The notes: generated by a model not told the origin, from the letters alone. A stretch of 64,000 nt of DNA from Glaucostegus cemiculus (GCA_976551045.1 CDPCPM010000418.1:3224001-3288000), one strand, 5' to 3'; positions 24,801 to 39,800 are shown, counted from the stretch's first letter. Numbers and translations are program-made.

Positions 24801-26759
24801 CTCCTTGGACCAGAAGCCCAAATGTGACAACTCTGCTCCAGGTGACAGGGTGGAGTTTCATTACTATTTGTCTCAGGTTTTTACGAGTTTGAATGCAATG
24901 TTTCAGAGCCAATCTGGTGTTGGGACAAGAATCAGAAAAGCCAGCGAAGAGACAATCAAAATGAATAGAAACCAAAACAAGCTCACACAAGACCATTTGG
25001 GTATGCTAGAATTATAAGAAACGTTGCAGTAGCTTCTAAGTGTTATTATATAAACCAAGGGAATAGTAAAAAGAGTTATAACTGACAGAGCTTTGCTAAG
25101 GGTGAGGTGTGCAACAAAGAACATTTTATTCAAAGCAAATCGAATGTTGATCTATACTGTCAGACCTGTGGAAGGATTGTGTTTACATAGCACCTTTCAA
25201 ATCCGTAGGCTGATCCAAATTGCTTTACAACCAATGAAGTACTTTTGGTTGGTAGGAAATGTGGATGAGAACTTATGCAGAGCTAGTCAGGAATGCAGGT
25301 TTATGGAAAGTTGAAACGAACTTTGATTTATTAACCTGTTGCCCAGCACAGACAGAAAATACAGTAATAGGTACAGAAATGGCTAAACTGGAAAATTTAT
25401 ACTGTTCTATCAGGGCTGAACAGGGGCTGATGATTATCAAAAATCACATCTGGGAGTGTTAGCAGGAGGAATTTCTCACCTAGAGTGATCCACACTTTGA
25501 ATGGACCCAGGGAGACCAGTGGAGCTGAAGTTCCTCCTGATAGGTCATAGGGTTGAAACGTTATCTCTTTCCACTGATGCAACCTGACCCACTGAGCTTT
25601 TTCAGCACTTTCAGTTTATATTACAGAATTCTGCATTTGAATTGGTAAATGAATGCAATAACTTGTCAAATTATTTGTTGTTAAGGAAATGGGGCAGAGG
25701 AAGGGAAGAAGCTGATGGATCAACTGACCTTCGTCATCTTCATCTGTCCCATGAGCACGCAATGATGAGTGCCAGGGGTAATAAAAAGAGGGCATAACAA
25801 TTACGTTCTGAAAATTAAGAGGGTATTCCAATAGGCATTGTTTCTTGACTGCAAATACGTTTCTTTGACAAATGATTTGTATTAATTTGGAGTAGGAGTG
25901 AATCATAGAGTCACAGAGAAATACAGCATAGAAAAAGGCCCATCAGCTCACTGAGTTCATGCTGGCCATCAAAGACCCATTTGATCCTATGTTATTCCCA
26001 TTTTTTACTCTCCCCACATTCTCAAGACTGAGGAACTGAGTATTTTCCAAGTTGGCTGTCAGCTTTAGGCACTCCCTGCATAAATGCAGGAGATTTTAAG
26101 TTCATTTGTCACCTTTCTCTATGAGTATATCTGAAACCCACTCTCAGGAGAGCATCTCTAACAGCACCTAGGAGATTTCTCTGTTTCCCATCCTTGGACT
26201 TCTCTGAGAGAGAGTGTTAGGATGGTCAAGGAGTAGAAGATATCTTCCTGTAGTACAGCCCTTGACCACCTGAAATTGGATTGAGATTGCCCATGCTCGA
26301 ATCACTTTGTCACGTGGGTTTGGAAGACAAAGCTTTTAGCTGCACCGTGGAAAATAAGAAACTATTTGGGGTGAGAGAACAAAAGGGGTCAAGGGAAACA
26401 GGTAGGGAAATTATCAAAAGTTAGTGAAACAATTAAAATTGCCAACAAAGAATTAGGATTTATTTCTGGGAGCAGTAGAATTCAAAAGTAATAATCTTAA
26501 GTGAAAATCGTAAAAGTCTTTAGCATCCTTGTGAACCAATTTTTTCATTTATTTTTGCATTTTTGAACTTTTGAATCAAATTTCCTTAAAATTATTGAAA
26601 CATTATGTACCCCTGTAAATTTTTGACACATGCACTGGGGGTGGGGGTGGGTGGGTGTTCATTCTTCCCACACTGGGAACTGCTGACATAGGGAACAAAA
26701 CATCAAGTTACACTAAAGAACTTCAAGGCCCAGCCTCCATACTAATGAATCACTTGAGA

Positions 26760-27215
26760 AACATTTACAAGGATGCTACCAGAACCAAGAGTGTTATAGA
26801 TAACGAGAAAAATTGAATAGATTGAATCTTTATCTTTATGATGAAGAAGCCTTCGAAGAGACCTGATGGTGTTCTTTGAAATTAATTGTGTGTTGGACAA
26901 GGTGGAAGTTGCATGTTTCTGTGCATGAGAGAGTCCAATGCTAGTGGTCATCAACGCCAAATAGTTATAAATCCAGTTGGAGAATATGAGAAATTCCTTT
27001 CCTCAGAATGTCAAAATTGGTTAGCCTGGGAAGTGGCTGAAACAAATAGATTAGAAGATTTCTAAAAAGAGACAGGATAATTACATGAAGGAAAAAGGAA
27101 CAGAAAGTTATGATGAATGACAGATAAAGCAGAAGAAATTGGAAGAGACCCGTGTGGAGGAACAATACCAGTGCAGACCAGTTGGGACGAATGGGCTGTT
27201 TCTGTTCTATGCAAC
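26760..27215 (+). mobile_element. Degenerate CR1 fragment
   Basis: atttacaaggatgctaccaga...gagacctgat...gaatgggctgtttctgttctat. Similar forward pieces at 29600-30045, 39220-39620, 54660-54950 and 57500-57880. Confidence 0.7.
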
Positions 27216-28399
27216 AGATGACTTTCACAGCTAACAAGGAAGGAAGGCTTCTGCCCAATAATTCAGATCATATTTAAACTCCAAGTCCCACTTCAAGATG
27301 ATCTGACTTCTAACGTCCCAGATGTTCCAACTTCAAACTACCTCAAGATCCCCTGATGGCTTGACTTGAAAACTGGTCCCATTGATTTGCTCGGCCATTT
27401 ATTTCAGACTGAATAAAAATTGAGCTGAGAACAGCGTGCCAAATGAGACCAGCCTGAGTGCTCTCCCTTGGTTGCTTTCCTTTGATATTTAATGCAACCA
27501 GGTTTCATTTGTTCCTGGTTATGTTTGCAAGTCACAGGGCTGGCTCCTGTGTAATGTTTCCAATCACTGATCCTGTAGCAAAGTGGGTAACAATGAACAC
27601 TCCACAGGTCCTAATTCACTGATGTTAGTGATTTGAGGCACTCATCACAAATCCAGTATCAACCTCTCTATCTGCAATTGAGTTGTAGGGACAGGTTTAA
27701 GAATGGCATTGTGGGTAAGCTATATTAGGTAGTGTAACAGGATGGTTCCAAATCAGAGAAAGTTGATGAGAAAAGGAAGATAACGAGCCAGGATTTCCAG
27801 TGCAGTGCATAGTTGGTATAGTTTGTAGACACTGGGTCAGATTAGGATCGAGCTTGACCGTAATGATCCTTAACTGACCAAGTCTGACAATAGATGAATA
27901 GCCTCTCAGCTGAGGTACCAGAGGGTTATTTACCCTCTCGTGCTCTCTCCCTCTTCTTTACTCTTCCCTCAGAGTGGCCACCTCAGATTCATAATGTCAT
28001 TGCAACACAGGAGGCCTTTAGCTCAACTGGTCCATGTCTGTTTTTGACACAGCAATCCACTCTGACCTATATCTTCTCACTCTGTCCCTGTAGCCCTGTA
28101 TGTTTATCCCCCTCATGTGCCCATCCAATTTCCTTTTGAAACTGTTGATCACCTCCAATTCTACCACCCTCATTGCCAATCTAACATGCCCATTCTTCTG
28201 ACACCTCTCTTTCTCAAAGCCTATCGGAAAGACATCTTGTCCTTATCCAAATGGATTTCCTTGTGCCAACAAACCCACACAGAGGGCCAAGATAGGTAGC
28301 CTGGATCAGGAGAATCCTACTAGAGTTTGGACTTTGCATAGCCTACATGCTAGGAAGAGAGAACAACAAATTAAATGGGCAATCCACAGGCATTGGCTG

Positions 28400-28800
28400 T
28401 GGTTGTGGGTGATGGGTCAGGAGATTCAAGTCCCACTAAAGAGACTTAAGGTTAAAACCCAGGTTAACATTCTGTCAGGGAGGACTATGTGTCAGAAGTG
28501 TTCTCCTTGAGATAAGATGTTAAATTGAAGTCCTCATCTGCTCTATCTAAATAGAAAAAAAGTCCTCTAATACAGCTTTGAAGAAGAGAAGGGAGGTTAT
28601 CTCTGGTGTCCCAGCTCAATACATACTTCAACCAAAATTCCTCATGATCATTAATACAGTGCTTTTGATGAGACATTGCTTTGTGCAAACTGGCTGTTGT
28701 GTTTCTTGAAGTTCAGCAGTGTTGCACATTGAAGTACTTCATTGGCTGCAAAATGCGCTGAAGTTGTGAAAGTTGTCATATAAATGCAATCATTTCTTTT
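28400..28800 (+). mobile_element. Deu-domain SINE (SacSINE1/AmnSINE1-like), near full length
   Basis: tRNA-like head (gattcaagtccca), Deu-like core (agatgttaaattgaagtcc...tgaagaagag...ggtgtcc) and tail gaagtacttcattggctg...atataaatgcaatcatttcttt. Confidence 0.7.
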
Positions 28801-31159
28801 TGTTTTATATCTGTTACAGAAATAGTTTGCAGGTCTGTAGATGAACACTCAGATCTATATGTAAATGATTATTAAAATTCATTACAAATTATCTTAACAT
28901 GGGATTCTTTTAGAAGAATTGGAATCAGCTCCCCTCACCTCATTATCTTTTAATTCATTAAAGTCAATTTAAAGGACAGAGTGCTAGTCATCTTAATTGA
29001 CATCAATTGACTGATCGGAGTGGGGAGGAGGGGCAGTGGAAATAAGATTTCAGTCCATTTTGAAATAAAACAAGTTCTGATGCAATGCTGCAAAATCTAC
29101 AAAAAAATGGAAAATATAAAAGGCAGAAATGTCATCACCCACCTTCAAATAATTATCAATCTGTTCAGTTTAAATGGAATCGAAACTCTATCTTTTTCAA
29201 ACAAATTAAATAAATGGCACAAAACCACTATTGGTAGAGATCAGGTGTGACTATTATTCAGATGTAAGAGGATATGTTGAAAACAGTGATACTTTTCCCC
29301 AGTTCTACCACCTTCATGGGCAGCCATTGGCTACCTTAAAGTCCATTCTTCTGGCAAGTATCTTCCCAAAGCCAATCCAAAAACCCAAATGAGTTTTTTT
29401 TTGGTGCCAATAAACTCCGCTAAAGGCCAGGAAAGATGGTCAGAACCGTGAGAATTCTATGAGAATCTGGATGTTGCCCAGGTCTCATCTCACGTTTGTA
29501 GCACATAAAGCAGACCATTATGCTTGAGTGGTCTATGCTGGTGTTTTGTTTACATGCCTTGTCCCATCTTATTTCTTTTCATCCTATCGGCATTGGATGC
29601 AAAGGATGAAGTTTTCGTACAGATTTACAAGAAAGTTACAAGTGATGAGAAAATTAAATAATGAGAAGAGATTTGTAAAGTTAGAACTATTCGCCATCGT
29701 ACGTAGAAGGTTAAGAGATGACTTAGTAAAGGACTTCAAGACGATGAGAGATTTCAATGGATAGATGTTCCACCAGGTGAGTGGATCAATAGGTAAAGAT
29801 CATAAAACTAAAATTATTCGAGCAGTGATTAGGAGAAATGTCTTTACTTGGCTAGTTGTTAAGGTTTGGAATGTTCCAACTGAAAAGTTGGTAGATGCTG
29901 ATTATAAGAGTCTAAAATGGAGTTGGATGGGAACTGACAGTAATAGAGACAAATGTAGGGGAATGGGGCAAGGCATAACCTCTCCCTCAGAGCTTAGACA
30001 TGATGGGCAGAGTGGATATCTGTACTGTTGGTTTCTTGATCTCTGATACACTGTATTCCTTTTGTTCTCACGTATTCATCCAGTTTCCTCCTAAATACAG
30101 TAATGCCATTCACCTCAGCCTGTCCCTGAGGCGCTGAGTTCCTCATTCTAATCACTGTGTCCATCCCAAGTGATGTTTGCCCCAGTGTAGAACTGGAATG
30201 ATGGCAATCTCAATTGAATGCAGCATCTTATATTCCAACTGCCCTCAGGACTCAACATTGAGTCAAAACTTAGTCTCTATTCTAGCACAGGCATTCCACT
30301 TGTTCTCCTGACCAAGTTCCTTCACTGTAACTTAAAATATGTTTAATTTCTAACTTTTCCTACTTCTAATGGAAAGTCATTGACCTGAAACCTTAACTGT
30401 TTCTCTCTCCACACGTGTTTCCTACCCTGCTGAGTGGTTCCATTATTTCCTGTTTTATTAATTTCAACTAAAATTGGATGGAGATTTAATTTCTTGATAA
30501 AGCTGTGGGAGATCAGTGCTGATGCTTGACAACAAGACTGGGTTCCTGGTCTCCCTGGGACTTGAATTCACTCGTCTTCCATTAGTGTTCCATCATTTAC
30601 CCAATGCACACTACTTTGCATAGAATTTCCCACAAGCCAGCCACCTATGTCTATGGAGGGTCCGGAAGAAATTCCAGTTCTGCACCAGTGACAGAGCCTG
30701 ATGCAAACTGTGATATGTCTACTCTGGTTCCAATTTCCTTTGTGGAATCAGTATTGCTGAATTGCTGAAAGAAAAGTGATGTCTGGATGACAGCTTTGGC
30801 TAGATGTTAGGTATCATCATGTGACCGCTCATTGCCCTGCTCTCACATCCTCACTCTTTGCCCATTCTTGTAGCACCCCATCTTCCCAGGGGCAATCATA
30901 AAGCAGTCTCTTCCTTATCCAATTCATTTTTTTCCTTACTCCCAATAACTAATAAATAATTTTTCTCATTAAAATGAACATCCATTTTTTGGCCCTATGA
31001 CTTTACACCCCCCAACCCCCTAACCCCCATACATTAAACCTGGAGGGGGTGCAAAACTTCTCTTAGTGGAAATGAGTACTCAATGGTGTGTAGTTCTGTG
31101 TTCCCAATTGCCACCTGCTGGTTTAAAGCAGTAAGTACCTTCTGAGCGAGTTAACAAGG

Positions 31160-32040
31160 ATACGAGTCCATCTCATTTATCTGTTGTATTGCCTTTTGCC
31201 GTATACATTAGGAAGGGTGTAGTATGGGAGTGGTGGTGATCCCAGGCAGTGGATGCCCTCAGGTCAAAGCCTCCCTGTGTGTGGATGACATCACCCTCTT
31301 CAGCTCAGATCCACTGTTGGTCTGCAGATTGATAAGCATCCGCGACCAGTTTGAACTGGCCTCTAGGGCTAGAGAGGAATTCAGCAAAGCAAGGCCACGG
31401 TCTTTGGTAACTGGTCTGATTGATCCTTTATTCCCTTCATTGTCTGGTCAGATTACCTGAAAATGCTGGGAATATGGTTCGCAGGGTGGAGTCTATTAAT
31501 CAAGGTGAAACTGAAACAGGGATTTTGGGAGCATCGCTCTCAGTTGTGGGTATGAGCCTGGTCATTGAGTGGGAAGTGTTCTCAGTGCTGCTGCAGGTGT
31601 CATATGTGGGGTCTTTACCCAGATCCTGCATTGCTGCGGTCACCTGAGCTCTCTTACACTTCATCTGGAGATTAAGAATGAGAGATACATTGGATACACT
31701 TCTCCTGTTCTCCCTGGAAATTTGTACATCATGTCTCCATGTTCTCAGCATGGCTACATTTTTGTGTGGCTGCATGAAGCTGTTCCTATACTCTGGGTAT
31801 GCAAACACCTAGTGTCACTATGTGCTGATGTTCTACCTGCCCTCATTGTTGATGAGAATGGACCTGGTCACATTGCAGTGGATCATTCTCTTTAACAGGA
31901 CCATAAAAGAACTATCAACGTCCTAATAATAAAATATACATATTGTAAGGAAATGGACTGATGTGTCTTGTATTTGAATATAGACATATGACTATATAGT
32001 ATTTTGGAAATTGTATAAAAATATCTTTGGGTTAAAAACA
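31160..32040 (+). mobile_element. Degenerate Tx1/L1-clade LINE, RT fragment plus AT-rich 3' end
   Basis: ORF 31224-31460 gives QVKASLCVDDITLF...QFELAS, a decayed YxDD region, followed by frameshifted ORF2-like sequence. Confidence 0.65.
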
Positions 32041-32052
32041 ACAAGAATATGT

Positions 32053-32214
32053 ATGGAGACACAAGAGGCTGCAGATGCTGAACACAAAATGCTGGAGGGA
32101 CTCAGCAAGTCAGGCTGGTCCAGATGAAGGGTCTCGACCTGAAATGTTGACTGTCAATTTCCCTCCATAGATGCTGCCTGACCTGTTGAGTTCCTCCAGC
32201 GTTTTGCGTGTTGC
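32053..32214 (+). mobile_element. Penelope-like short element with inverted 5' part, hammerhead-like core and 12-bp TSD
   Basis: TSD acaagaat(a/g)tgt at 32041-32052 and 32215-32226; core cagatga-agggtctcgacct-gaaatgtt at 32121-32148. Confidence 0.75.
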
Positions 32215-33459
32215 ACAAGAATGTGTGTCCCCAATTAGCCTGACCCACTGTTTCATTCACATACATTCCACAAATAATACGTTATGGTGGTGCCAGCCCT
32301 TCGGTTTGCAATGATAGAAAGGTTCTAAGCCTTAAACCTTTCCTCATGAAACATTTGCAGTGGCTTCACCAAGCTTCAACATGTCCCTCAGTACATGGTC
32401 ATACACCTTGGACTGTACTACTCTGCAACACTTGGTTGCGGACAGTTCCTTGCCTTGGAAGATCAGTTTTGGTAGAAGTGTTGAGTTATTAGTAATGAGG
32501 AACCAAGGGTGAGAGAAAAAAAATGAGAGAAGAAGAATATAGAAGGCAGATGGTAATCAAGCTTATGTTTTAAAAGCCTATAGATTGGAAAAAGAAAGTA
32601 AAAAATTTGCACAGTTTTAATATTAAGGTATAGATGGTGATTCTATTTTTAGATTAGTAATATAGTGGCCTAGACTAATAATGCAGGGATTCAAGTCTCA
32701 CTCTGACAATTTGAGATTTGAATCCAGTTTAAATCCATCTGTGGTAATCATACCATCGCTGTATTATTGTAAAATCTATCAGGTTCACTAATATCCTTTC
32801 GGGAAGGAAATCCATCATCCTTCTACAGTCAGGTCTTTATCTGATTCCAGTCTCTCACCAACTTGGTTAATGATGGTCTTGGGGCAACTAGGGATTGGTA
32901 ATAATGCTGTGTAAATTAAAAGAATTCATACTGAAAAACAGAGTTAAACTTTGCTAAAATCTCTGTGAAGCCACTTTTTTGTTCTCAGTATCAGCACCCA
33001 ACACTTCCAGGTTAGAGCTAAGTTCAAGCCAATCCAAATCTTTAAGAATTGTAGAGGAGAAGATTCTGGGTTCAAGTCCTTGCAAATGGCTTGTAAGTCC
33101 TTGCAAGTCCTTGTAAATGGAATTAAGTGAAAAATCTGCATTTACTACCTGCTTTTGATTCCTCGGTTTTGTCAGTCATCTGATTCCAAGACCAAGAACT
33201 CATCAGAACGTTGATTGAGCGGTGATCAAACCAGCTTGTAAGCCCAGTAACCCAGTCCTATTTGTGTAATTATTTCTTACTCACTGATTTGTCCTGAATC
33301 AAATTTCTTGGCTGGAGATTTGGAAGGAAACTGTTCATACTACTGTTGCATCTTTGGTGAATCAGATCAGAGGAAGACTGTAGGTGGAAATGAAAAAATC
33401 ATCAGCATGCAGGTGGCCCGGTGACACGCTTCCATCCAGGAAAAATTTCTAACCTAAAC

Positions 33460-33830
33460 AGACCTGCATCTAGACAGCATCTTTCATGACCACAGACATC
33501 CCGAAGTGCTTTAAAGCCAGTGAAGTACTATTAATTGTAACTCCTATTACGATGTAGGAGACATGACAGGGAAACTGTACTCAGCAAGCTCCCACAAACA
33601 ACAATGAGAGTATGGCAAAGGGATATTGGTAAAAGGACAAACATTGGCCAGGACACCAGGGAGAACTCTCTATTTCTTTTCAAAAAAATGCTATGGCATA
33701 TTTCACATCCACCTGAGAAAGCAGATGGTGCCTCAGCTTAATGTCTGATCTTTAAGCTGGCATCATTGACAGAGAGCATGTACTCCTTACATGGTGCTGC
33801 ATCAGTCTGAATTGTATGTTCAAGCACTTG
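33460..33830 (-). mobile_element. Deu-domain SINE (reverse)
   Basis: cattggccaggacaccagggagaactc...cacatccacctgagaaagcagatggtgcctcagcttaatgtc. Other copies at 3545-3860, 11785-11935, 34450-34700, 34990-35125, 35750-35945, 50590-50875, 52830-53040, 54955-55125, 59215-59600 and 62800-63110. Confidence 0.7.
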
Positions 33831-36800
33831 CGCTGGTGTCAGCTACCTTACATACACAATGTGGAAATTAATGGGGATATGGAATTAAACAACATGCAGC
33901 TCAGAGACTCTATGACATATGGCCCATGGAGACAAGAGCTTTCCCCTTTAAATAGACATCCTTACGTCTTTGTTCTGTCTCCAGTGATTTTGAAACAAGA
34001 AAATGCTGTTCTACATTAACCTTATTTCTTTGGTTTAAAATTAATGAGTGCGCAAAATGTTTCTTTGGGGTGAATTGTCATATTAATAAACTTTAAAAAT
34101 TTCTGTGACTCCCTCTAAGAGCTGCTCACTCTTTGTAATGTGGCCCTGTTTTATACTTTCCACTAAACCCACTGTGCAAAAATAAATGGATACGGCAGTT
34201 GATTAATGTTTGACTCTCTGCAAAATGCTAATCTGTTAATTGATCCTTTTAACGGCTCCATTTAGCTCCTCATCACTCACCCAGTACTCAGACTGAAACA
34301 CTGCAGCTAAACATCCATGAGATTTAAAGGCACAGCCTCATCTAATGAACATTTGGGGCTTTCTCTACTGAGGCGATATCTTTACTGTTTATTCCTGTTC
34401 AACTTCATAAAATGGATCAGGGCATTGATCACTGGCAGGTGGAGGACACTCTGGGTTAGTCCTGATGGGAGTCTTGCATCTGAGTCAGAGATTGTGTGTT
34501 GATGCCCCAGTCTAGGGCTGTACTGCTGGAAGGCTGCAATATCAAAGGCACCAACTTTTAGAAAGGTATACGGAGTTCCATGGCACTTCAAAGAAGAGCA
34601 GTGGTGTTCACACAGTGCCCAATACTTATCCTTCAACCAACATCTCCAAAGAAAAGGGGATGCTTACTTCTGTACCTCATCATATGCCACACATTAGCTG
34701 CTGAGTGTTTCAAAGAGATTCTACCAACAGTGCAGCAAACCTGCTCCACTTCCTCTGTCCATTTCAGGTTTAGAGCTGGAAAGACAGTAGCGTGATGGCT
34801 AGTTAAACATGTGCAACAAGGGTCAACTTCAATGGGAGCATGAGGCAGGTTTACACTTTGCCTGACTGATCCTTCCATTAAAACCAGTCAGTGTGGTGCA
34901 CAACTGGTGATGGATCATAGATGTTGAATTTTACATCTCAAGGAGAATGAAGGGATATGGGAGATTGAGCAGGGAAGTGGAAAGAAAATCCTTGCATTTA
35001 TATAGCACCATCCACTGTGACTAAAGTATCATCACAGTTGCAGTGTTGAACAACACCAAAAATGTGCATGGCAAGATCCTGCAAACACCAATGTAATTAT
35101 GATCAGGTAATCTGTTTTGTAATGTGTGCTTTGTTTCGGGGATTTGTATAGTACGCTAGAGATAAAGCTCCTGCCCATCCAGATGATGACATCTCTGAGA
35201 GTGTAGAACTCCCATAGTAATGCCTAGATTTTCTGGTCAATCTTTCAGATTCAACATGCAGCCAACATCATTCCTCACCTTTTAGTTACGCAGGGACAAC
35301 TCTGTAAAGTAAGGATAATTCCTTCTACTAAATCATTTTATTAAGCAAGTCCTGCATTTATTTTCCTCTGCTTTCCTTCAGTTCTACCCTGTTCTGCATT
35401 GCTGCCCTCTCCACCTCATCAGTTGTGGCTTTGCCTCAGTGTTCCATGCCATAAACCCTGGGATATCTCTGCTAGACCTCTCTAACTCTCTCCTTCTCCA
35501 TAATGACTCCCCTTAAAACCTCTGCCTTCTAGACCAAGCATTTGGTCATTTGCACCAACCTCCTTTCCTTTGGCTTTGGTATCAATTTTTGCCTGACTTT
35601 GTTGCAGTGGGTCAGCACTGGATGCCTTATTGAACTAAGGCTGCTACATAAATGAATGAAATTGTTGGAAGAAGGAGGCTCCATAGAACTGGTTGAATAA
35701 TCTCACATCTCACAGCAGAAATCCCCCCATCTCATGGCATCGTGGTATCTAACAACTATTAAAAAATATTCAGATAGTCTGGATCTTTATTTTATTGCTT
35801 ATAGGATCTTGCTGTGTGCAGATTGTCTGCTATATTATAAAACAAAATGGCTACACCTCAAAAACAATTAATTGGTTGTGAAGCACTTTGAGATGTCTGG
35901 AGTGTATGGGGGGTAGGGGGGGCTATACAAATGTATATTTTTTCTCGTTACTTTTGACCAAACGAACAGAACATTAAAGTATTAAACTATAGATGCTGGA
36001 AATCTGAAATCGAAACAGAATATCCTGGAAGTACTAGGATTCTAGCACTATAAAAATAATTTAAATAAGTGACACCAAAAAGAGTTCCATCAAAGGCTCA
36101 TTTGCTAGGATGCCTTCTGTAGCTTGGGTGGAGTTTAGAATCTAGCATTAGCCTCTTTGCTGATGCAAATGCCCCACTAACAATTTCAGCAGCTGCAATA
36201 TATTGCATTGGATAGATTATTAAAAATCAGTGTTTCCAGCAGAGACGTGGCTAGCCACCAACCATCTCCAAACTTAGAACATGCAACTCAACAGATTTCA
36301 ACGAATGTGGATTTTCTGGTAATTAAGTTTGTTTTCTGGCTGGGAATAACAAATGAGCTGTGTACCAAAAGCAGAGAGCTTTTTTTTTTATTTGAGTACT
36401 TCAGGGCACATGAAAGAGGTCTTCTAACCTCTTCTATCATTCTGTATAGTGGAGTTAGTTCACAGCTCAGCTATGATCTCAGTGAATGGTAGAGCAGGCT
36501 CAAAAGGCCAGATAGCCTGCTCACCTTCCAATGTATTTTCATAGCTTAATGTCGTACTCATTCTCACCCATCCTTCCTGTCCACAACAGAAAGATGGAAT
36601 TAATATTTGTCACAGAAATATGGTTTGGAACATTCATTCGTTCTTCCATCTGACACCTCAGACTCTTGTCCTCCAGGGAACCTTGCTCTCCCAAAACACC
36701 CCAGAACCATTATGTCCCTTAGAGTTATTAATAACCTCATAACCATCATTATCAGTCTAACCTCCAATCAGACACTGATCCAATTAAATTAAGTTAATTA

Positions 36801-39800
36801 TTATACAATAATATATTGTCATTTAGTTATCCTGTGCCAATTTAAGCTCAGCTTCCTTCACATATAATGGACTGGGTTGTTTAAACTCTGAGCCGGGGTG
36901 GAAAATGGACAGTGGCAAATTATCTGCTAATTATGTGGCCCACACCACCTTTCCTTCTGTGGATGTCAGTGGAAAAGAAAAGCAGGCATTTTGCATAATA
37001 AGTAGCTTAAAACAGAAGCAGAAATGGGCCACAAGTGGCCCACGCTTACTCCACCATTCAATGAGATCAGAGCTGATCTTTTTTTCTCAACTTTATTCTC
37101 CTGCTCTATTCTCATTTTGTTTGGTTTTCTTAGTGCCCAAAAATCTATCCTTCCCAACCTTGAATATACTCAACATCTGAGCATCCACTTTCTTCATGGG
37201 TAGAGACTTCCACGGATTCAAAACCATCTGAGCATAGGAATTTCTCCTCCTCTCGGTGCCAGGAATTGAACCCATGACTTACAACTCTCTGCTAGACTGA
37301 TGCACTATCCATTGCACCAGGCTTGTTTAGCAATCTAGATTACCAGCACTCCAGAACCTCAATTCAGAAGGATGTTCCTGTCATTTTATTTCGAGTATGC
37401 TGCAGTCTGGGCGAAATCTGAATTTTGCCTTCACTGATGTCCTGCTCTGGGTACTAATGCAATAGGGTGTTCAGGTTGCCAACACCAACAGTACTTTGAC
37501 ATCAAATGAGTGCAAACTTTGAACCTGGAATTCCAATTAAGATGTAATAAATCCACTTAAAAGTGTATTAGTTAAATTGTGGCTGAAGATGTAATCTATT
37601 TCCATGTATTGAACACAGATTCAATCTGATTTCTATTCACTTTTGGGATACTTGTAACACTGGACAACTATTGTCTAAATGAGCGCCTTGCCACTTCAGA
37701 GGATCACTTATAGAATCACAGAACTGTGCAGCATGGAAACAGGCCATTTGGCCCAACATGCCCAAGCCAACCAGTGGGCGCTCTTCCTGGGGACTTTGCT
37801 CGATTAACCCAGAATGTCCAGTAACTTATGACCAATATTTAGTCTCCAGGGATCTCACCCAAACTTGGGCTGGTGAGTGCATAAACTCAAACCTTAATGG
37901 CTGTAGGATCCAATCAGCATACGCACACCTGCCAGAGGGCACCGTACGTAGGCCAGTTGGAACCAGAGGCCCATAGCCTGTGAACTCCCTGAAAATACTG
38001 CCAAGGCAGCTAAGGGTTGACTCGATGTTGTCATCCTTGAATGGTTTCATTTCTTGAAGAATACTAGTGAATCAGTTGGGTTTTCACAACAATGCAATGG
38101 CACTGTTTAGTCATTGTAGTCACTTTTACTGACATTAGCTACTTATTCTAAAAGTCTTTTTTAAAATGAATTCAAATTATAAAACAACCATGATGAAATT
38201 CAAATTTACCTTGTGGAAAAAACAAAATAAATCTGAAATAAAATCAAAAAATGGTGCAAATACTCAGAAGGGCAGACTGCATCTCTGGAGAGAGGAACTG
38301 ATATGTGTGCTTCCAGAATTTTCTTTTTTTTTAATTCTTGAACACGCATTCTCAGGATGACAGGTGTTGCATCATTAACCTCTCCTTGAACACCAGTTTG
38401 AAATATATTTCACTTCATCTGCTAGGCAGGGATGAAAACCGATGAACAGGATTTCAGTTCCACACCTTTAATAAACACAGAGGAGCCAATTTTCCTCGAG
38501 TCACAACCTCCCCGCCACCCTGTCTCTGCACACTGTGACATCCTCTAATCCTCCAAGAATATTATACTGCTCCAATTCCGACCTCTTGCACACCCCTGAT
38601 TTCTTTCATTCTGCTGACTCATGGCTGAGTCACCAGCTGCCCAGGTGCTAAAGTTTAGAACTCCTTTCTTAACCCTCTCTGTCTTTCCACCTTGGTCCCT
38701 TCCATTAAATCATGGTTTAAACCTATCTCTCACCCACTGCTTACAGCAGATTCTCTTTGACAATGCTATGTTAATCCTGGGTTGTTTTACTTACTGTGAA
38801 GGCACCATATAAATGTAAGTTGTTGCTGCTGTGGTTCATAGTGCTGGAAACCCTACAGTCCCTCATCTCCTGGGATGTACATGGGACATGGTTGTGGCTC
38901 AATTCTATCCACAGCTCCACTCCAACACAACCAAGGGACAATGCCAGGATTGTTTGTTGAGAAACTGTTACATCTATCCTGCTGGTTGCTTGATACAATG
39001 ATAATAAAATTAATTAATCAATCCATTTCTGTCAGATACATCTGCACAGACGATACCAAAACTGACCAGGTGTGCAAGTTATGTATAATATATATTAATT
39101 TAAGTTTGTGTTACCTTATGTTTGTCATACTTGTTATGTACTGTGCTGTTGCTGCAAAAAGCAAATTTTCATGGCACTTATACCCTGTATATGTACGCAT
39201 CTGACAATAAACTTGAAGCATGAATTCCAGTTACGAGGAGAGATTGGCTAGGCTTGGATCATTTTCACTGGAACAGAGGAGGAGGAGGCTTGTGAGGTGT
39301 ATAAAACTGTTAGGGTGCTGGACAGGGTGAACAGGAAGTACTGATTTGCCTTAGCAGAGATAATCAGGGGACACAGATTAAATGTAATTGACAGGAAGGT
39401 GATGCTCAAGAAAATATTTCCCATCTCAAAAGTGGTGGGGGTCCAGAACTTTAAGCTAAAAGGTGGTAGAAGTAGAAGCCCTCATTATAGTTAAAAAAAA
39501 ACCTGCCATTACTTAATCTACCAGCGATATAGGTTAAAAAGGTTTAGATAGTTCTTTTTAGCCAGCATAGACAAAATGGCTTCTTTCTGAGCTGTAAATT
39601 TCTCAGATTCTGTGATTCTATCTATGAGCTGAAAGTAAATTCAGGCAGCGGCAGAGGTAAACCATCCTGTGATGCTGAGATTTGGGGACATTTAGCATAA
39701 AGGCAACTAGTTCCTCTCCAATATTACATACTCAGCACAGGCATGTCTCAGGATTTTCCATGGAATTATTGGATAGCAATCAATAGAGTAACTCTGGTTA

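Noticed and set aside
33072-33120. Short imperfect aagtccttg repeats
   Set aside because: Local slippage within old repeat debris; no sign of function.
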